A stretch of DNA of 64,000 nt. Source: Mytilus edulis. Its lineage: Eukaryota. The stretch lies in the NCBI RefSeq assembly GCF_963676685.1, contig NC_092344.1, positions 125,054,001 through 125,118,000 of the forward strand. Reading direction: 5' to 3'. The notes under the pieces were generated by a model that was given only the letters and a program-made list of their open reading frames with translations, did not search any database and was not told where the DNA came from. Shown here piece after piece: positions 27,001-39,000 of the stretch. Both the position numbers and the translations under genes were made by a program. The stretch's first letter is position 1. Each line of letters begins with the position of its first letter.

Positions 27001-30000
27001 ATAACATGGCTAAATCAGGGCCAAGGCTATCAGTGACCTAGAAAGAGATGCTTATAACGCTTTAACAAATGATATGCAGTAGTTTATTGAAGGCAAGGCT
27101 AAAATAAAAAGATTGTATGTTTGCCCAAACGCGACCGACCTAAAATAAACTCGCTGACTCAAATTCTTTTTTTGCCATTTTTTTGGAAGATTTTTTTCAT
27201 GTCCGCTACGCCATCGTATAAAACTTAATGTTTGTCGTCTTTGCATTTGAAAGAAACTGTGAATAAGATTAAAAGAAAGCGTATAAGAGACGCAGTTAAT
27301 CGATATTCAATGTTCTCTGATTTAACGAACGTAAAGAAGTAAAACATGTGAAGTGGCACAGTTTTTTATGCTGTAGTTGTCTGTACTACCAAACCCTTAT
27401 CTATATGCTCAATGTCAATTTCATCGTGTAATCGAATATCTGGTAAGAATATTCAGGTAGATTTGTTCAAAACCATGTGCAATTGAATATCTTCAATGTT
27501 TTCTGACAGGAAATGGATCCGGAAGTTGCCAATTTACAATCTTGCAAGAAGATTTTGTTTTTAATGAATAAAAAGGAATTATTTCTTGATAAATTGTTGT
27601 CTTTAATTATAATTTTCCTTTATCATGTAAATTACAATGTATATGCCCTTTTATTCAAATAGTTCAAATTTACAAGTCTCAGTTGACAAAATCAGTATGT
27701 TGCTGTTTGGGAGAATTTAATAAAACTATAATTGCTCACAGAATCAGAAATATAATCTGCAATATAAATATAAATCCCTTTAGGCAAGAGAAATCTGACT
27801 TTTGTCAGAAATATTTTTTTTCAAATGTGCAAAAGTAAACACATGTTATGGACACCATATTGGATTTTAATACAAATTTGTGAGGAAGCCTCTAGAACCA
27901 TGACCTAAACATAAATTTGACCTCAAACCCATGATATGGATTAACCTTCAAGGGGAGATAACTTACCTCTCAATTCACTGAGAGATTATTCCATGCATCA
28001 TTGAATCAAACTGTGACCCTCGACCCATGATAAAGATTGACCTTCAAGGGGAGATAACTGACTACTCAATTCACTGAGAGATTCTTCCATGCATCACTGA
28101 ATCAAACTTTGACCTCCAACCCATGATAAAGATTGACCTTCAAGGGGAGATAACTTACCACTCGATTCACTGAAAGATTCTTCCATGCATCACTGAATCA
28201 AACTTTGACCTCCAACCCATGATAAAGATTGACCTTCAAGGGGAGATAACTTACCACTCGATTCACTGAAAGATTCTTCCATGCATCATTAAATCAAACT
28301 TTGACCTCCAACCCATGATTAAGATTGACCTTCAAGGGGAGATAACTTACCATTCAATTCACTGAGAGATTCTTCCATGCATCATTGAATCGAACTTTGA
28401 CCTCCAACCCATATGATAAAGATTGACCTTCAAGGGGAGATAACTGACCACTCAATTCACTGAGAAATTCCTTCCATGCATCATTGAATCAAACTTTGCT
28501 CTCCAACCCATGATATAGATTGACCTTTAAGGGGAAATAACTTATCATTCAATTCACTGAGAGATTCCTTCCATGCATCATTGAATCAAACTTTGACCTC
28601 CAACCCATCTGATAAGGATTGACCTCAGGAGGATTTAACTTACCTCTGTCCACCACTCAATTCACTGAGAGATTCTTTCCACACATCGCCGAATCCAACT
28701 TTGACCTCCAACCCATCTAATACTGATTGACCTTCAGGGGGAGATAACTTGGCTCTGGCACCAGGCAGCAACGTTGAGAAGATTGAACTAAAGTCCTATT
28801 AAATATTAACACATACATATATTATTTTCTGATATCTGGCTGTATTTACTTGTTCCAAAGCCTTCTCAACACCGTATTATTTTTCAGTAGCTTAAAACTT
28901 ATAAATTAGTTCCAACGCTTTCTTGTTGTTGCATAATTTTCTGTAATACGAAAATATTAACTTGTTTCAAAGCCTCGTTTTTTTTCTGATATTTGAAGTT
29001 ATAACTTTTTTCAAAAACTTGTTTTTTTAATGACATCAGACCATATTAACTTGTTTCTAAACCTTTTTCAAAGCCTCATTATTTTTCTGAAATCTAACTT
29101 ACCTTATTTACTTGTTCCCAAGCCTTTTTCAAAGCCTCATTCTTTTTCTGATCAAGTTCTGCAATAACAGCAGCTATTTTAGCTTTATCATTCAGTACAA
29201 TCTTTCTTTTCTTCATTAAATCTGCATACTGGAAAAGAACATTCAATCCAGGTAATAAATTAAAATTCTACAGAAATCCTAACGAGGGATAAGAGCAGAT
29301 TAATATTTTGATTTAAAATTTTATAAGTTATATTGTAAATGAAGTCACTTCTATCATTAAAATCAGTTATGAATAGAGAAAGTTGTCCAACACTTTTAAA
29401 ATATGCACTTCATAGAAACAGCAGCCAACTTGGTCATTGAATCATGTATGTTGGTAGTCTGTTTCACAAATAAAACGAAATAGAATTGAATCCTATTAGA
29501 TTTATAGAATAACATATCGAAGAATTCAAATAGAGACTAGATATGTCAAAGCGACATGAATGGCCCCGTCTCAAAAATATTTAAAATGTGCAATTTCAAT
29601 AACACATGTGGACACAAACATGATGGTAGTCTCTGAAAAATCAGCTCAAAATCTGGAGGCGTTTTGAAAAATGTCCATATAAATGTGATTTTCAACAATT
29701 TTCAAAGTTGTAAACCCTTAATTTTGGCAAAAGTTAGCAGAGCGGAACGAAACTTCAACATGATCTGTAACTTATCATGAGTAACTACCATACTAAAAAT
29801 CAGCCCAATATCTGAAAGCATTTGGAAAAAAGTGCCTTTAAGTTTTAACTGTGATTTTCAACGATTTATCTAAGTCCAAAGCCCGTAATTTCGTCAAAAA
29901 TTAGCCAAGGGGAACAAAACTTTAACTTGCTCTGTAACTCATCTTGGTTAACTAATATGCCAAAAATCATCCCAATATCAGAAAGTGTTTAGAAAAAAAG

Positions 30001-33000
30001 TCTGTATAACTGTGATTTTCAATAATTTATCAAAGTCCAAAGCCCATAATTTCAGCAAAATTTAGTGGAGCGGAACAAAACTTAAACTTGATCTGTAACT
30101 CATCATGGTTAACTCACATATCAAAAATCAGCCCAATACCTGAAGGCGTTTAGAAAAAAACTCTGTACAATGTTTTGTTGCGGAACGACGGAATTTCAGA
30201 ATTTCTGACAAGGGTAAAACTATATGGCACCGACAACTTCGTTGCGGGGCCATAAAAAGTATTCAACTTGTGACAGAACAACAAATTAATTCACGAATGC
30301 CCATAGTGCATTAGTTAATTAGCTTTGATGCTCAGTCACAACTTAATATTTTTCTCTATTTGAATTCTTTGATGAGTTATTCTTTTTATTACATTGGCAA
30401 ATGACTTTTTTTATGAAATTAATGTAGAAAATGTAAGGACCTATATCTTTTTTCTAAGCATCCACAATTTGTTTTGATTACGTCTTGGTAGCGCCTATTG
30501 TTGTATGAGGTCAGAGAGTTAAATACCACTGATTATTTATCGGTTTTTATTTAACTTGGAATTCAATGCAACTCACTGCAACCAATGTAATAATATTGTT
30601 CAAGTTTGCCAGAAATTCATGTTTATTTCCTTCTTTCTTTTGCCTTTCCATTACTCTTACATGGTCTCTAAAAAATTCATAACACTTCTGTTTTTTTTTT
30701 TACCAAGATCCTCCATCTCTTACCAATCCATTTCCCTGTCCCCTCCCCCACATCTATATATAATTCATTTCATCAAATATTCTTTACCTGTTCCTCAGCC
30801 TTCCCTAACATGTTCATAGCTCTCATGTTAACACTTTTAGACAATTTATCCTTAGTATCTGTAAGTTTCTGGATTCTTCTCTCCGCCTCCTTGGGATCAT
30901 TTGCTTTAAAATCATAAGCTGTGTTTTGTTGTCCAAAGTATTTCTTCTCATCAGCTATCCAATCATAGTTTTGTAATAAACTATCCACCTGTCGAAAAAC
31001 AAAGTTATTTTGTAATAAACTATCCACCTGTCATAAAACAAAGTTATTTTGTAATAAACTATTCACCTGTCAGAAAACAAAGTTATTTTGTAATAAACTA
31101 TCCACCTGTCAGAAAACAAAGTTCTTTTGCAATAAACTATTCACCTGTCAAAAAACAAAGTTATTTTGTAATAAACTATCCACCTGTCAGAAAACAAAGT
31201 TATTTTGTAATAAACTATTCACCTGTCAAAAAACAAAGTTATTTTGTAATAAACTATCCACCTGTCATAAAACAAAGTTATTTTGTAATAAACTATCCAC
31301 CTGACAGAAAACAAAGTTATTTTGTAATAAACTATCCACCTGTCAGAAAACAAAGTTCTTTTGCAATAAACTATTCACCAACTATTCACCTGTCAGAAAA
31401 CAAAGTTATTTTGTAATAAACTATCCACCTGTCAGAAAACAAAGTTCTTTTGCAATAAACTATTCACCTGTCAAAAAACAAAGTTATTTTGTAATAAACT
31501 ATCCACCTGTCAGAAAACAAAGTTATTTTGTAATAAACTATTCACCTGTCAAAAAACAAAGTTATTTTGTAATAAACTATCCACCTGTCATAAAACAAAG
31601 TTATTTTGTAATAAACTATCCACCTGACAGAAAACAAAGTTATTTTGTAATAAACTATTCACCTGTCAGAAAACAAAGTTATTTTGTAATAAACTATCCA
31701 CCTGTCAGAAAACAAAGTTATTTTGCAATAAACTATTCACCTGTCAAAAAACAAAGTTATTTTGTAATAAACTATCCACCTGTCAGAAAACAAAGTTATT
31801 TTGTAATAAACTATTCACCTGTCAAAAAACAAAGTTATTTTGTAATAAACTATCCACCTGTCAGAAAACAAAGTTATTTTGTAATAAACTATTCACCTGT
31901 CAAAAAACAAAGTTATTTTGTAATAAACTATTCACCTGTCAAAAAACAAAGTTATTTTGTAATAAACTATCCACCTGACAGAAAACAAAGTTATTTTGTA
32001 ATAAACTATTCACCTGTCAAAAAACAAAGTTATTTTGTAATAAACTATCCACCTGTCAGAAAACAAAGTTATTTTGTAATAAACTATTCACCTGTCAAAA
32101 AACAAAGTTATTTTGTAATAAACTATCATTCGGGTTATAGAACATATTTTTTTTTAATAAACTATCCACCTGTCAAATAACTTGATTATTTTACACTTAG
32201 AAACATGTAACTGGCAATTTGTTTCTATATATTTACTTCACATGTATAATTTGAAGTATTAAATTTAATTTGTCAAAAAAACCCACAGCTCATGATATGC
32301 TCGTCGCCCTTTCAATGAATTAAGTTCAAGACCTTCTGAATGTCATATCAGAAATTTATAAAAAACACTAAATAACTGTATAGTAACCTGTTTTGCAGCT
32401 GTTTTAGAATCTGTTTGGTATTTAGCTATTTTATGTTATAGTAACCTGTTTTGCAGTTGTTTTAGAATCTGTTTGGTATTTAGCTATTTTATGTTATAGT
32501 TACCTGTTTAGCAGCTGTTTTAGAATCTGTTTGGTATTTAGCTATTTTATGTTATAGTGACCTGTTTTGCAGCTGTTTTAGAATCTGTTTGGTATTTAGC
32601 TATTTTATGTTAGTTACCTGTTTTGCAGCTGTTTTAGAATCTGTTTGGTATTTAGCTATTTTATGTTATAGTTACCTGTTTAGCAGCAGTTTTAGAATCT
32701 GTTTGGTATTTAGCTATTTTATGTTATAATCACCTATTTGCAGCATTTTTAGAATCTGTTTATTATTTATCTATTTTATGTTATAATCACCTGTTTTGCA
32801 GCGTTTTTAGAATCTGTTTGGTATTTAGCTATTTTATGTTCCATTTCCTGTATTTTCAGTTCAGAAGCATGGAGATCCTTCGTGAGATGTTTTTGTTCGT
32901 CCACCTTTTTGTTGATGTCTTTATTACAAGCCTTTAGAAGTTCCTTCTGTTTGGTTACTTCAGATTGGGCCTCTTTCACATCATCCTAGAATCAACAATT

Positions 33001-36000
33001 TAAACTTCCTAAAGCACTAAAGCTAGTACATTCTCAATGATAGCTATATTATCTAGTATTTTATTTGAATTCTGTTTTATGCACATTAATATCACAAACT
33101 ATTTAAACACATTACTTCAACAGATAAGACCTAATTGGTTGATGATTTGTATCAATGATTTCCTTAGAACATTTTACGAGTTGACATAAAATTGAGTATG
33201 GAAAAGGGAATTGTGTCAAAGAGACAACAACCTGACCAAAGAGCAGAAAGCAATGGAAAACCAATGGGTCTTCAACACAGCAAGAAAATCCTGCACCCAG
33301 AGGAACACTTCAACTGACCCCTAAACCAAAAATGTGTAGTAGTTACGTGATTATGGACATCATACTAAACTTCCAAACATAAAAATGAACTAAAATCAAA
33401 AATCATACAATCCTACAATACCTTAGTTTCTTTCATTTTAGAGACAAGATCCTCAATCTGTTCATCAAACTGTTTCATGGTATCATCAACTGTTGTTAAT
33501 TGTTCTTCATAATTCTTTATGTCTTTTTCCAGTTCTTCTACTTCAAGTTTAATGCTATCTGTTTCCTACATAGCAATAATTATAGATTAAATAATGGAAA
33601 AACTCATATTGAGAAAAATATTCAACAAGTAACCGAACAACACATAATTCATGAACGCGCGTGGGGCATGAGTTAATTATCAGTGTTGTTTGGTCACAAA
33701 TTGAATATTTTTTTATATTTGAATTTTTTTATTATTCTTTTCATAACATTGGGTAATGGAAATTTTTATTATAAAGTAGAAAATGTAAGGAACTATATCA
33801 TTTTCTACAAATTCACAATTTGTTTTGATCCGACATTATAGACAATGTCTTGATATGCCCATTGTTTTGTGACCTCAGAGGAATGAAATAACCACGTCTA
33901 TTTCACACTTGAATTTATCAATTTTTATTTCACTGAGGAAATCAATGTGATTCATTGCAACCAATGTAATAATTAAATTTTCATTTAATTTCTAATCTTT
34001 TAAACAAAATTCCAACAAACTTGAGTGATTAATATTTTTAGATAAAAACTCATTATTCTATGTTTGTAGGCTTTCAATGCCATTCAATTTTCAGGTAAAC
34101 AATTGTCAAACGCTTGTACCAATCAAGAAAAACAGTATTCTTTGGTGCATGGACATTGTATTTCTGCTATATTTGTAATAACACATTTACTAGAAGGTTG
34201 GATTTTAGTGGTTATATTTCTACTGATCATGTGTTATTTTCTGTAGGTTAATGATAATACACTGATATTTTGTTTATTTTATTCCTTTATAAATACTTTG
34301 TATTTTTTTTTAATCTTCCTTGTGTTAAAATAAATATCAGATATTTTTTATAATTTTTTCCTTTTTTGTTTAATATATATACCTGGTATTTTTCTTTCAT
34401 TTTTTTGCTTGATTCCTCCATCTTTTTCTTAGATTTCCCTACATTAGTCTCCGCCTCCTTCAATTCTTTCTCTCTGATGGCTTTAGCATTCTTTATTTTA
34501 TCTTCCAGATCTTTGACTTTCTGTGAAGCCTTCTTTTGTACTTCTTCTGCATTCTTAGTTATTCCTTCTTGTTCAACTATAATAAATGTCACATGATATG
34601 GAGAATGGATCTATGAGCAAACTTCCACATGTGTACAAATGCAGGATTCATGTAGTTGACTGTTTTGTGATTATAAGCATTGTGTTTAAGTTTTATAACA
34701 CTTGATTGAGGCAAACTTACATGTCAGAAAATTGAACCTATAAATCCAGTAATTTTTATGTTTATAAAGGGGCCTAACTCAAGAACATTAAAAGTAATGC
34801 CACCTAATTCAGAACTTGATCTATGTTTTGTGTTAATAAGCATGGTGTATAAGTTTCATAACATTTGGTTGAGGCAGACTAAAGTCAGAGAATGGAAACA
34901 AAACAATCATCAATTCTTTTTTTTATAAGACAGACTTACCTATAGAGGCCTGCAGTGAGTTGATTTCCTCTAACTGTTGGTGATGAGAACTCTGTTCCAG
35001 TCTGGCTTTAAGTAATTCCGATTCATTCACTTTCAGATCATATTGTTGTTTTATAGTAGTATATCTGTGAAACAAAGAAATTTGTCAATTAGTTTAAACA
35101 TATTTATTTATAGTGGATGGGGAAACAAGTTTTGCAATTTATATTAATCCCTTTCCACTTTGCGGGTGTGAGTGCTGCCTTGTAGCGGCATTAGCCTACT
35201 CTTTTTCGAAATCTACAAGGGTGTCTTTAACGTGCAAGAGATATGGCTCTCTCTTAACACGGGTCAGCCATTTATCGTCCCCTTCCGACGGACTATCATC
35301 GTTTCCTCAAGATCATACTCGCAGATGGTGTCAAGGGAGAGCCGAAATTTAACAATTCAAATCACATATTAGTAATGTCAAATAAATTGACCCGCAGAAT
35401 GTTAGCTACTGATGGGTTTGCCTTTGAAATGTAAGCTACTAATTAGTGGATTTTTTTGTGTCAAATATTGTTTCATCTACTAACAGGTTATGGGCACCTG
35501 TATAGAGTAAGTGTATAAATAAATACCTATCAGCAGTTTTCTTTATGGAAGCCAGTTGGTTTTCTATGTGTTGTAATTTCTCTGATTTCTCTCTCAATAG
35601 TGTTTCTGTTTCTTGAAACTGTTGAAGTTTCTGCAGAATGGAACCAGTCTGAGCCCTGGCACCTGTAATAGTAAAGAGTAGAAATCAACCCACATAATAG
35701 AACTGATCTCAGCACTGGCACCTATATAAAGGAAGAAGATATATTGACAAACACATAATATATTAAAACAAAAAGTAATCAGTGTTTAGTGAACTTTTCA
35801 TTATATACTATATACAGTGAAACCTGTCCAAACCGAACACCAACAGGACTTTGCGTTTTGTTCAGTTTTCACAGGTGTTCAGATTGAAGAGGTAAACAGA
35901 AGTCAACATCAAAATAATTTTGGCACTTACTGACAAGGGACGATAGGCGACACAACAGACAATCTATTTTCATGATTTAGATATTAATGTAAAAATCAAA

Positions 36001-39000
36001 TCTAGGTAGACAAAGATAGACGTATTGTACCTTTTTTCATATAAATCAAACGCTACTCCGTCAATCACGCTCCTAGAGTGTAAAGATATTAATTGTTCAA
36101 TGATGTCCGACTTGGAGCGATTTTGCTTTTTGAATCAAGATCGTCATTTTCAACTATTATTTGTACACACGAGTTCTCAGACTAAACTGGCCACCTGCTG
36201 ATTGATACATTGCCACAAGATAAGAGAGAAACAACAGCAGGGTTCCAGTTTATTCTCGGACTTTATCGTTAATAAATAGCAAACAGAAGTCTGCGTTAGC
36301 ATCTGAATTATATATATTTACTAACGAGCCTTCAAAAAGCATTCAGAATTCGGTGTTGACAGGGTTCGTTTTCTTCCAGGTTAGATTAAAGTTAATTGAT
36401 AGGGAAATTTTGTAGGACTTTGAAAATTGTTCGGTTAAACTGAAATTCAGTTTTATCAGGGTTCGGTTTACCCAGGTTTCACTGTATTCTGTTAATGTTT
36501 CGTTATGTGCTATATTTTGACATACCTCCTGTTAATGTTTCATTATGTGCTATATACTGACCTACCTCCTATTCATATTTCATTATGTGCTATATATTGA
36601 CCTTCATCCTGAGTATGTTTCGTTATGTGCTATATATTGACCTACCTCCTGTTAATGTTCCAGCAGGATCAAAGGAATCTCCTTCCAATGTGACAGATTT
36701 CTTCATGATTCTCTCATCGAATGTCACTTTCTTGGCAGTGTTCATGTCATTACAGATGAATGCAGAACCAAACACAAACTCCATTGCTGCCTGCAGATCT
36801 TTCTCAAAACCAATCAATGACAAAGCTGTGTTAACATTCCCTTTACCAACCTAAAAACAGAAACATGTTCCACTATCAAGGACAATACTGTGTTGACATT
36901 ACCTTTACCAATCTCAAAATACCGCTACATTGACAACAACATTTAAGTAAACTGCATCTTTTATTGTCGACATGTTTCGCCGATTAGATCGGCTTCATCA
37001 GGACAAAGTATACAAAATTAGAACCCCTGAAGTACAAAAAAATGGCATCATGTATGTGACGTCAAGATTGTCCATTGTTGACATTGCTATGGGATACTCT
37101 ATATCATTATGTAATGTTGGACAGAAAATGAATCAAACATAGTACAATGCAAATGAAGTTACTAAATTTAGAGTTAATCTTTAATTGTACGAATTGTCTT
37201 TAACTTTAAAATGGTTGTAAACTATTCAATTTTAGGGCACACCCCTACCACTTCGACTGGGTTCCCTTTGGCCGGAGGTTCTTTATCAATCTCAAAATAG
37301 AAACATGTTCCACAATTAAGGACAATACTGTGTTGACATTCCCTTTACTAAACTTAATTAAAACAAAAGTTTGTCATTATAATCATTAAAATGGATAATT
37401 TAGAGACCCTTATATCCTTAATTCACCTTTTTGCTGCAAATTAACCCCCACTTCCTGTAAATTAACTTACAAGATTCTCTGCCTTCCTGACGACACCCCT
37501 GATCTATACACCTGGCAGATATTTTATTGAGAGGTATAATTGTGTATCGTTTCCTCAATTCACCTCGTGCTACAAATTACCTCCCCACCTCCCTCTATCA
37601 GTAAATTAACTTACAAGATCCTCTGCCTTCCTGACGACCCCCTGATCTATACATCTGGCAGATATTTTATTGAGAGGTATGATTGTGTATCGTTTCCTCA
37701 ATTCACCTCGTGCTACAAATTACCTCCCCACCTCCCTCTATCAGTAAATTAACTTACAAGATCCTCTGCCTTCCAGACGACCCCCTGATCTATACACCTG
37801 GCAGATATTTTATTGAGAGGTATGATTGTGTATCGTCTCCTCAGTTCACCTTGTGCTACAAATTACCTCCCCACCTCCCTCTATCAGTTAATTAACTTAC
37901 AAGATCCTCTGCCTTCCTGATGACCCCCCTGATCTATACACCTGGCAGATATTTTATTGAGAGGTATGATTGTGTATCTTCTCCTCAATTCACATTTGTG
38001 CTACAAATTACTGCCCCTCCCAGCCCTTCTCCTATCAGTAAATTAACTTACAAGATCCTCTGCCTTCCTGACGACCCCCTGATCTATACATCTGGCAGAT
38101 ATTTTATTGAGAGGTATGATTGTGTATCGTCTCCTCAGTTCACATTTGTGCTACAAATTACCTCCCCACCTCCCTCGATCAGTAAATTAACTTACAAGAT
38201 CCTCTGCCTTCCTGACGACCCCCTGATCTATACATCTGGCAGATATTTTATTGAGAGGTATGATTGTGTATCGTCTTCTCAGTTCACCTTTCTGAAGCAG
38301 TTTTTTCCCAGTAACTTCAGTATCAACAACAACATTGTATAACTGAAACATAAGAAATAAACATTTATATCAAATCCTATAGAAAAAGGTTTAAATTAAT
38401 GGTTTAATAAATAAACTAGATGCTGCAAGAAATTGGTTTTACTTGAAGGATGGAGTGACATTTGTGTCATTAATAAAAAAGCATGGTACACATATCAATT
38501 AAATTCCTTCTTTACAAATGTATTTCTGTTTTTGAAGACATCATCAAAATGTTTTTCATTCTAAGTCAGGTAAAGTGCACTGAAAAAGAAGACCTGTGTA
38601 AATAACACAATGTTTTGTCACGTATATTATCCAGTAATCAAATATCCCCAAAAAAGTTCAATTTTCAAATGCATCAGATATAACAGTGAAATTTAATTTT
38701 GAACTTAAAATAATTTCAGTTCAATAAATCAGCAATATCAGAATTAACTTTTAAAAGGAGTATGTCCAGTAAGACTTTATTTTGGCCCACTTTATTTTGG
38801 CCCCAAAATATAGCAGTTTTACAAAATTGTTAAAAAGTAAACTTTTAGTTATTTATTGGACAGTAGAATGCTTCTGCTACATAAATATGGGTTCTTTTTG
38901 ACAATACATTGCACATATATTGGGTACTAGCACCATTAAGTCATGGTAAATTACTGAAATCTTCAAAATTCTAGCATTTTAGTTAAATTTTAGATGGTTT

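Noticed and set aside
23739-32176. CRISPR-like appearance of the regular arrays
   Set aside because: Units are head-to-tail with no unique spacers, derive from SMC2 exon junctions, and the DNA is eukaryotic.
37420-38195. Exon 13 copies as functional duplicated exons
   Set aside because: Two copies have an in-frame upstream AG, but the implied introns are only ~45-50 nt and purine-rich with no polypyrimidine tract.
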